Assembly (NCBI GenBank): GCA_016840065.1 | Contig: JAEOTB010000088.1 | Location: 1 to 39,802, forward strand | Length of the DNA: 39,802 nucleotides | Direction: 5' to 3' | DNA from: Candidatus Hermodarchaeota archaeon | GTDB taxonomy: Archaea; Asgardarchaeota; Hermodarchaeia; Hermodarchaeales; Hermodarchaeaceae | Notes under the pieces: model-generated | Database searches by the model: none | Told to the model about the DNA's origin: nothing | The model's input: the letters and a program-made list of their open reading frames with translations, nothing else | Position numbers and translations under genes: made by a program | Shown: piece after piece, positions 1-7,290 of the stretch | How the letters are laid out: each line of letters opens with the position of its first letter | Numbering within the stretch: the stretch's first letter is position 1

Positions 1-396
1 CGAGTTAAAATGCTTGGACTCCCGGTTAACAAGGCTGAACAATTCCTTCTTGATGTAGAGTACCGTCTACCAAGGTCTCTTTGCTTGAATGCTGTTCAAG
101 CTGGTGATCTTGAGGGGTGTATTCAAATCCTGATGGAGAGCAGATACAAAGGCGTGTTAATTGAGGGCTGGGAAGCATATAAGCAGTTTCAAACGCTTCG
201 TGTCTTTGAGCAGAGATTCTACAAGCAAATACAGGCTACCAGTCTTGATGCGATGATTGGTTTTCCCTTCCATTTTGGTGTCATCTTGGGCTATCTTAAC
301 CTGAAGTGGTTTGAAACACTCAACCTCAAAGCTGTGATGCATGGAAAGGCTGAAAAACTCGACCCTAGCCTGATTCGCCGCGCCCTAATTCTCTAA
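1..396 (+). CDS. atpC: A/V-type ATP synthase subunit C (V0 d-like), 3' part; gene begins upstream of the window
   Basis: The frame is open from base 1 (RVKMLG...). The C-terminus GVILGYLNLKWFETLNLKAVMHGKAEKLDPSLIRRAL matches the AtpC/NtpC pattern GYLxLKxxExxNLxxxxxGK. Confidence 0.85.
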   Translation, partial: RVKMLGLPVNKAEQFLLDVEYRLPRSLCLNAVQAGDLEGCIQILMESRYKGVLIEGWEAYKQFQTLRVFEQRFYKQIQATSLDAMIGFPFHFGVILGYLNLKWFETLNLKAVMHGKAEKLDPSLIRRALIL

Positions 397-449
397 AGGT
401 AGTTGTTACTAGGAAAACTTAATGGGAGCAGTTAGCATTTGGCTCTCTT

Positions 450-827
450 ATGGGACAAAAGCATCTTCTTTTCGATGAGAACTTAGGCACTTCGCCTAAA
501 ACCCTAAGCGGACAATTATACCAACTGCTCGAAAAGCGCGGATGGGTTTGCCACTCCGTCCACGATTTTCCCAATCTTCTAGGACAACCAGATGAAGAAA
601 TTATTGCTTTCGCGAAAGAGAATGGCTATGCTCTTTTGACCATGGACAAACGCGCAGCTTATCTAGCCCTAAAGCACAGCGTTGATATTTACCTCATCTT
701 ACATGAGAAACATACTGGTGAAACCGGTGAAACAGAGGAGTTTACCGTCGTCCATCTAGAACCATTCGCTAGCGTTCAAGCTCAAACCAGCTACCATGCC
801 GAGTTATCCACCAAGGATGAGCCATGA
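450..827 (+). CDS. DUF5615/Mut7-C-like PIN-domain protein
   Basis: Motifs LLFDENLG, GWVCHSV, PDEEIIAFAKENGYALLTMDK are typical of the small DUF5615 PIN-like family. Confidence 0.75.
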   Translation: MGQKHLLFDENLGTSPKTLSGQLYQLLEKRGWVCHSVHDFPNLLGQPDEEIIAFAKENGYALLTMDKRAAYLALKHSVDIYLILHEKHTGETGETEEFTVVHLEPFASVQAQTSYHAELSTKDEP

Positions 828-830
828 ACT

Positions 831-1790
831 ATGCCCAACTCTTCTTCCGGAAATCAATGCAAAATATGCAGTCAGCCATCGTTTTTTACACGCCCCTACT
901 CAGGGGAAGTTCTTTGCGAGACGTGTTTCCGAGCCTCCATCGAATCAAAGATACGGGAAGCGATATCTAGATGGCAAATGCTACAGCGTACAGATCAAAT
1001 AGCTGTAGCCTTCTCTGGTGGAAAGGATAGTCTCTCACTCCTCGCGGCTCTTGTTAATAACCAGCGGAGATTCCCGGAAAGTAAGATTATTGCTATCACT
1101 TTAGAGGAAGGTATAGCTGCAGCAAAAGAGCGTATGCTAACTGTACGAACGGTGACACAACTACTCGGAGTGGAACTTGTAGTCTCTTCGTACGAGGAGC
1201 TGTACTCCGTCACAATGGAAGATGTTGTAGAACGCATCCGTGAAACAGGTTATCCCTACGCACCCTGTGTCTACTGTGGCGTAATGAGGCGACAGGGATT
1301 GAATATCCTTGCCCGTCAGATAAACGCTGACAAACTCGCTCTTGGTCACAACCTTGATGATGAAGTGCAATCCATGCTTATGAACCTCATCCGTGGAGAT
1401 GTCCAGCGACTATCACGCTTAACTCCTTTTCTGCAGGAATCCTCAGCAAAATTAGTACCCCGGATCAAACCTCTATACCATATTCCCGAGAAAGATGTCG
1501 CCTTGTACGCCGATAAGCTTGAGCTCCCCATCTATGAATGTCCCTGCCCTTTTGGTGGAGAATCGCTTCGGACAGAGATTCGTCAATGGCTGAATGCTTT
1601 TGAAGAACTGCACCCTGGAACCAAGTATAACCTTTACGCAACAATCTCTAGACTTGCTAGTCCACACCAAAGTCAAGACACTGCACCATTCCGAGAATGT
1701 AATGTTTGTGGCGAGCCCACCTCACGTTCAGTTTGTGCTGTATGTGAATCGCTTCAAAGACTAGGGTTTGGAACCAGGAGAAAACTGTAA
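831..1790 (+). CDS. ncsA: tRNA 2-thiolation protein, TtuA/Ncs6/NcsA (TIGR00269) family
   Basis: N- and C-terminal CxxC zinc fingers, PP-loop SGGKDS, CVYCGVMRR, GHNLDDE, RIKPL, CPCP. Confidence 0.9.
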   Translation: MPNSSSGNQCKICSQPSFFTRPYSGEVLCETCFRASIESKIREAISRWQMLQRTDQIAVAFSGGKDSLSLLAALVNNQRRFPESKIIAITLEEGIAAAKERMLTVRTVTQLLGVELVVSSYEELYSVTMEDVVERIRETGYPYAPCVYCGVMRRQGLNILARQINADKLALGHNLDDEVQSMLMNLIRGDVQRLSRLTPFLQESSAKLVPRIKPLYHIPEKDVALYADKLELPIYECPCPFGGESLRTEIRQWLNAFEELHPGTKYNLYATISRLASPHQSQDTAPFRECNVCGEPTSRSVCAVCESLQRLGFGTRRKL

Positions 1791-1838
1791 GAGAGGTTTT
1801 TCTTCAAAGGAATGGACAGTCAGAAGACTGACTAGAAT

Positions 1839-3458
1839 CTAAGCCATTAGTAGCATGAAGGCTACGAGTAGGGTGTAAATCGCTAGTGCTTCTGCAAGTA
1901 CTACCGCAACCATAGACTTGCTGAAGGATTCAGGGCGCCTCTCCACCGAACCCGTCATCGCACTTCCTCCCCATCCGATTGCCAACCCAGCGAAGAATCC
2001 GCCAAGACCGACAGTTAGGGCTGCCGTAACTGCTACAAAGACCTGTACCATTGTCACTGCAGTACCTATTCGCATAATTACAATAAACGAAACAAGCAAT
2101 CCATAGATTGAAAGAGCTTCAGCTAATACAACACTGACAAGAGCCTTCGAGAAAGCCTCTGGGCGATATTGAAGACTCCAGCATAATGCAGAACCAGCAC
2201 TAGCGATTCCAATCCCCGCGCCTATACCTGCCAGACCAATGGCGATTCCTGCAGCAATTGATAGAACCCCTTCACTAACAGGCATAAGAGGATCCACTCT
2301 CATAATTACCATGAACGCGCAGAGCAAACCGTAGATTGAAAGAGCTTCTGCCAATACTACACTAATCATTCCTTTGCTGAAAGCCTCTGGTTTCCGTCGA
2401 ACAGTCCCTATCATAGCGTTGCCGCTGTACCCGATTCCTAAGGCCGCTCCTAGGGAAGCCAACGCGATGGCGATTGCACTCCCAAAGGCTGCCAACATCA
2501 TACCACCTGCTTGCTGAAACCGAACGGTAATGTCAAAGTCAACAGGTACATCTGATGTGACTATGAAAGTCCACACTGCACTGTAATCGGGACTGGTTAT
2601 CCCTGGAAACCAAGCGTCAGGAGTTGCTTCGAGAATCATCTGATCAAAGGGGCCTTCGATAGTGACGTTCCCTATACCTGTAAGTGTTAGGGGGGTGGTT
2701 CGTCCGAGTGCACGACCAAGACTGAAGACAAAGACGTTTTCGTCCTCTTGAACTGTAGCGTTCTCAATCAAGTATGAAAAACGGAGTAGATGATGTGAAG
2801 CATTCCACTGCATGAGGAACCGATACTCTGAAAGATTCTCAGCTATCCCCTCAGGATCAAATCCATCAATCAGGTACGTGGAGGCATTTTCAACGAGCCG
2901 AAAAGTATTGTTAAGTAATGAAGTAGTAGAAGCGATGAATGCAGCCTGTGTCCCATTGTCAACGATAGTGTCGTTGAAGCTCCAGTGCATCTGGTTCTCG
3001 TAGTCAGCAAAATTATAGATACTTAGAGAAGGCCAGTTGCTACATTGTACATAGTGTTCCATTGTATAGTTAAGAAACTCTGTTACCTCTGTTTCATTGT
3101 ATGTGTCATTGGGGTAGACATCGATGGTCGCATTTCCAACTGAACCCGTACCAAGTATGCCTGAAATTGTACCATTGAGCGTCCAGTTGAGTAGGGGCAA
3201 GTAGGGTGACGACTCGTTCAGAGGCCTCCCTTCCCACATCACGCTTACAGCGTCATCATAGGAATAACGTGCATACAAAGTAGCACTCCAGTTTTCTGCT
3301 TGAGGCACAGGAGGCTGGACCGCCGCGACACGATAGTCCTTTTGAGGTGTGCTTAGTTGTAATGGTGTAGTACCCTGGGACATTAGAACTGAGTATGGTC
3401 CAACAACTAGACAGGCGACTAAGACTAGTAATAACAGTGGCTTGCTGTTTCGGACCAT
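1839..3458 (-). CDS. atpK: A/V-type ATP synthase proteolipid (subunit K/c) with 3 hairpins, fused behind a signal peptide and a ~290-aa extracellular glycosylated domain
   Basis: Three FSKxxxxVVLAEALxIY motifs at 228-nt spacing in residues ~320-539. The N-terminus has a hydrophobic signal (LLLLVLVACLVVG). Residues ~55-270 hold 16 N-x-S/T sequons. Confidence 0.9.
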   Translation of the reverse strand: MVRNSKPLLLLVLVACLVVGPYSVLMSQGTTPLQLSTPQKDYRVAAVQPPVPQAENWSATLYARYSYDDAVSVMWEGRPLNESSPYLPLLNWTLNGTISGILGTGSVGNATIDVYPNDTYNETEVTEFLNYTMEHYVQCSNWPSLSIYNFADYENQMHWSFNDTIVDNGTQAAFIASTTSLLNNTFRLVENASTYLIDGFDPEGIAENLSEYRFLMQWNASHHLLRFSYLIENATVQEDENVFVFSLGRALGRTTPLTLTGIGNVTIEGPFDQMILEATPDAWFPGITSPDYSAVWTFIVTSDVPVDFDITVRFQQAGGMMLAAFGSAIAIALASLGAALGIGYSGNAMIGTVRRKPEAFSKGMISVVLAEALSIYGLLCAFMVIMRVDPLMPVSEGVLSIAAGIAIGLAGIGAGIGIASAGSALCWSLQYRPEAFSKALVSVVLAEALSIYGLLVSFIVIMRIGTAVTMVQVFVAVTAALTVGLGGFFAGLAIGWGGSAMTGSVERRPESFSKSMVAVVLAEALAIYTLLVAFMLLMA

Positions 3459-3474
3459 CCTTTCGCACCATCTA

Positions 3475-5082
3475 TTATATTCGCATTATGAGCATGAATG
3501 CAACGAGCAATGTGTATATTGCGAGAGCTTCTGCAAGAACGACTGGAACCATTGATTTGCTAAAGACACCGGGCTGATCCACCATAGCACGAATCATAGC
3601 CCGTCCAGCTAACCCTATGGCTAAACCAGCACAGAATCCGCCTATACCGACTGTCATTGCCGCCGCAAAGCCTACAAAGGCTGAGCTAACCGTCTCGATA
3701 GCCTCAATCCTCATTATCAACATAAAAGCTGCAAGAAGACCGTAAATCGCCAAGGCCTCCGCTAGCACAACCGCTACTAGAGATTTGCTGAAAGTTTCAG
3801 GCGCTTCGCGCAGTGATGCACAGAGCGCCTCACCACCCAGTGCAATTCCGATACCGCCACCAATAGCCGCGATGCCGATACCCAACCCACTGGACATTGC
3901 AAGGATTCCTTCAGCAATGCTAGTTGCAGTGTCTACCCTCATGATTATCATGAAGGATATCAAGAGCCCGTAAATAGCAAGAGCCTCAGCAAGAACCACA
4001 GCAACCAAGCCTTTGCTGAAGGTGGCAGGAGCTTCTGCAACGCTCTGGCAGAGAGAAGCACCAGCACGGGCAATACCGTATCCACCACCAATAGCTGCCA
4101 GCCCAACGCCAATTGCTGCGCCCATAGCCATCATCCATTGGGCGTCAAGAGTTACAGCGTCTAACCTCATCACAAGCATAAAGCTAGCAAGAAGTCCATA
4201 AATCGCGAGGGCCTCAGCTAGCACTACGGCGACTAGTCCCTTACTGAAAGATTCAGGCGCGTCTACTAAGCCACGGCAAAGGGAGGCTCCAGCGCGTGCG
4301 ATTCCTATGCCGCCACCGAGGGCAGCCAACCCGATAGCCATTGCCGCAGCCATTCCCGTCATAGCCTGTGGGATGAGTGTTACTGTATCAATTCGCATGA
4401 TTAGCATGAAGCCGGCTAGAAGCCCGTAGATTGCTAAGGCTTCTGCTAGAACAGTGCTCACTAGTCCCTTACTGAAGGTTCCTGGAGCCTTGACTAGTGA
4501 TTCGCTGAGCGCAGAGCCACTGCTTGCAATACCGAGTCCTCCGCCTAGAGTGGCTAGCCCAACACCAAGCGCTGCTGCCATACCGAGTAAACCTTGAGCA
4601 TCATAAGTGACTTGATCAATCCTCATAATCAGCATAAATGACGAAAGAAGACCATAAATCGCCAAGGCCTCTGCAAGTACGACGCTTACCAAGGATTTGC
4701 TGAAAGTTTCTGGCGCCTCTGCAATTGCTGTGCACATACTACTACCAGCCTTTGCGATACCGATTCCGCCGCCAATGGCTGCTAGACCGATAGCGAGACC
4801 CGCGGACAGGGCAATGAGTCCTTGGGCAAAACTTAGTGTATCGGACAGCCGCATGATAATCATAAAGGCACTCAAAAGACCGTAGATAGCCAAGGCTTCA
4901 GCTAATACGACACTAATCATAGCTTTGCTAAAGGTTGCTGGTTTTTCAGCGACTGTTCCTATCATAGAGCTTCCACTGTAACCTATACCGATAGCTGCAC
5001 CTAGAGCACCGAGAGAGGCTGCGAGAACCGCGCCAAGGGATGCGAGGACTGGTCCGCTGAGAAGGGGTGAGAACGAACTCAT
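3475..5082 (-). CDS. atpK: A/V-type ATP synthase proteolipid (subunit K/c), 7-hairpin concatemer
   Basis: Seven 76-aa units, each with a Gly-rich inner helix and an FSK...VLAEALAIY outer helix. The gene lies directly downstream of atpI. Confidence 0.95.
   Translation of the reverse strand: MSSFSPLLSGPVLASLGAVLAASLGALGAAIGIGYSGSSMIGTVAEKPATFSKAMISVVLAEALAIYGLLSAFMIIMRLSDTLSFAQGLIALSAGLAIGLAAIGGGIGIAKAGSSMCTAIAEAPETFSKSLVSVVLAEALAIYGLLSSFMLIMRIDQVTYDAQGLLGMAAALGVGLATLGGGLGIASSGSALSESLVKAPGTFSKGLVSTVLAEALAIYGLLAGFMLIMRIDTVTLIPQAMTGMAAAMAIGLAALGGGIGIARAGASLCRGLVDAPESFSKGLVAVVLAEALAIYGLLASFMLVMRLDAVTLDAQWMMAMGAAIGVGLAAIGGGYGIARAGASLCQSVAEAPATFSKGLVAVVLAEALAIYGLLISFMIIMRVDTATSIAEGILAMSSGLGIGIAAIGGGIGIALGGEALCASLREAPETFSKSLVAVVLAEALAIYGLLAAFMLIMRIEAIETVSSAFVGFAAAMTVGIGGFCAGLAIGLAGRAMIRAMVDQPGVFSKSMVPVVLAEALAIYTLLVAFMLIMRI
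3475..5082 (-). repeat. Intragenic tandem repeat, 7 x 228 nt (diverged at DNA level)
   Basis: The FSK-encoding segment recurs at 3557, 3785, 4013, 4241, 4469, 4697 and 4925. The same period occurs at 1918, 2146 and 2374 in the neighbouring gene. Confidence 0.9.
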
Positions 5083-5093
5083 AGTGTTTCACT

Positions 5094-7001
5094 TCAGATG
5101 ATTACAGTCCATTTGGAAGGAACGGAGAGGGGTTCAAAGGCATAGCCAGTTCCAGCGTAGAACTTCAGATATGCTTCTACCCAATGTAAACGTAGGGTGT
5201 GGATGAAGCTGAGAAGTCCTTCCATGAATAGGACAAAGATTGTACCAACAAGAAGCATGATTATGAACATCATCATACTGAGTTGACCAGTAGTAAGGTC
5301 ATCTATGATATGGAGAATCTCCGTATGCGCAACGCCACCAATAAAGAGGAACGTTTTTGCAAAACCTGCGTGGGCCATATTTAATGCGAGTATCCGTGCG
5401 TAGCTGATTGTGTTGCTTATGCTTGCGATGAGGTGCTCAAGGGCTTCCATAAAACCTTCCATTACCCCAGCGGCGAGCATGCCGCCAACTATCATAATTA
5501 TTAGTGGAAGGATGAGGAATACAAGGGCATCGATTATACCAGACCCGAGGATATTAGGTTGGAGTCCACTGGGGTCGTTATAGCTGAACCATTCCATGAA
5601 ATTAATGCCTTTGGTGAAAAGGAGGACTGCAAGGCCCCAGAAAAACCAAAGCCAGATGCCAGGTCCGAAGATAGCATGTTTCCATTCTCGTTGGCGGACC
5701 TTGTTGACGAGGTCCATGATAATAGCGATTGAGAGGTGTATGAAGCCTATAATTATACTTAGTACGAAAAGCACCCAAGTAGGAGATGCTACATTGTAGG
5801 GGAGGTTAGCAGGAGATTCGAACGCACTAAACCAGATGGGACCATAACCATGATCTGCTAGGTAAGCATCGCTGCCTGGACTTTCAGGGTGAATAAACCA
5901 GTTTACTCCGCCATCGAAGTCGAAGAACCGGAATAGTGCTAGTAATCCTCCACGCATAACCATTGCGAAGGGTGATGAGCGTAACCCGATGTATACGCTA
6001 TGGTGAATTATGTCGATTCCAAGGAATTCACCGTATAATATCCCGAAGAATATGGCGGATACAGAACATACCATTAGCATTCCTGAGCCTTGGACGAAGT
6101 AGTTCACCATTTCGCCAGCATCTACACCTTTCTTCTTTGCCAAGAACCCGAGCCCCGAGAAGAATAGGAGGAGTAAGCCGTGACCGATATCACCAAACAT
6201 TAGTCCAAATATAATTGGGAAGCCTATTGCCATGAACAAGCTGGGATCTATTTCCTTGTGGCTAGGCATACCAAAGGCGCTGGTGAGGATTTCAAAGGAT
6301 CTGATGAAGCGTGAATTCTTGAGTTTGGTCGGGGGCCTATCGACTGGTTCTTCCTCCTCGCCGTGACCGTGATGGGGTTCATGGTAATCACCTAACTCAA
6401 GGGCTACTGATTTACCGCAGTGTTTCTGAACAGCTTCTTTGAAGTCTTTAGCTTGTTTAGCGGGGACCCAACCAGCCATGATGTAGGTTCGCTTTGTTTT
6501 TCCGAAGAGAGTCTTTGTTTCCTCAAAGTGGTGTTCCCGCTGGAGTAGTTCCTCCCACGCGAAATAGAGGAGTCTTTTCTCTGATGCACGCTTTTTGATT
6601 GCCTTCTCAGCCTTTTTCCTTGCTGATTTGTCATCGGCCTCCTGCGCTGCCTCGAGAGAGCGGGTGAGGTCTGCGAATGCATCCTCCTCGCGTTTAAGGT
6701 CTTTCTCTAAGGAAGCAAGATAGGAGTCCTTAGGAGCCTCAGGAACCTCCTTAGGTTGTTTAGTACTACCTCCACGAACCACGCCCATATCTGAAATTAA
6801 GGCAGTAACTCGGGTCAGGAGATTAGAGATTCTATAATAGCGATCAGAAGCCTCTACAGGCTCTAGCTTGACATCTAGTTCCTCGCTGCGATGTTGGATA
6901 TCAATGAAATGAGCTACACCGAGACTAGCGATGAACCGGAGAGTTTTTTCTAGCTCTCTGTCAAGTACGACCGCATTGAATTTCTTCATTTTCGCTGGCA
7001 T
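5094..7001 (-). CDS. atpI: A/V-type ATP synthase subunit I (a)
   Basis: Motifs AGWVP, PPTKLKN, EIDPS, FGLMFGDIGHG, SNTISYARILAL (essential Arg) and HTLRLHWVE. Confidence 0.95.
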   Translation of the reverse strand: MPAKMKKFNAVVLDRELEKTLRFIASLGVAHFIDIQHRSEELDVKLEPVEASDRYYRISNLLTRVTALISDMGVVRGGSTKQPKEVPEAPKDSYLASLEKDLKREEDAFADLTRSLEAAQEADDKSARKKAEKAIKKRASEKRLLYFAWEELLQREHHFEETKTLFGKTKRTYIMAGWVPAKQAKDFKEAVQKHCGKSVALELGDYHEPHHGHGEEEEPVDRPPTKLKNSRFIRSFEILTSAFGMPSHKEIDPSLFMAIGFPIIFGLMFGDIGHGLLLLFFSGLGFLAKKKGVDAGEMVNYFVQGSGMLMVCSVSAIFFGILYGEFLGIDIIHHSVYIGLRSSPFAMVMRGGLLALFRFFDFDGGVNWFIHPESPGSDAYLADHGYGPIWFSAFESPANLPYNVASPTWVLFVLSIIIGFIHLSIAIIMDLVNKVRQREWKHAIFGPGIWLWFFWGLAVLLFTKGINFMEWFSYNDPSGLQPNILGSGIIDALVFLILPLIIMIVGGMLAAGVMEGFMEALEHLIASISNTISYARILALNMAHAGFAKTFLFIGGVAHTEILHIIDDLTTGQLSMMMFIIMLLVGTIFVLFMEGLLSFIHTLRLHWVEAYLKFYAGTGYAFEPLSVPSKWTVII

Positions 7002-7290
7002 AGGGGATGACTCCCAAAAGCACTCTGATTACCCATCGGAAGTAGATACCCAATAATGCTTCACTAAAAAAGCCTTGCTCTCATTTGGAATATGTCGAGT
7101 TGTTGAAGGCATAACACTTATGAGAGCGATAGTTGTACCCCGCAGTAGGTGTAAACTAATGGGGTATCGTGTTTGCTAAGAATAGCCCAATTGTGACACC
7201 ACTCGCCATCTCCTTTTCAATACTGTTAAAACAAGCTTATGTGAAGCTCTTCTTTCTTTTCGAGTATATACACAAGCAGACTGATGGAGG

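Noticed and set aside
3785-4885. Repeated 62-aa + strand ORFs (MLKVSGAS...; also 1918-2106) that look like a small gene family
   Set aside because: They are antisense shadows of the proteolipid hairpin repeats.
3475-5082. Possibility that the 7-fold repeat is an assembly artefact or a CRISPR-like array
   Set aside because: The units are strongly diverged at synonymous and many amino-acid positions, stay in frame, and have no repeat-spacer structure.
7002-7290. Longest intergenic region, checked for tRNA or ncRNA
   Set aside because: No cloverleaf, C/D-box pair or repeat was recognisable. It is most simply a divergent promoter region.
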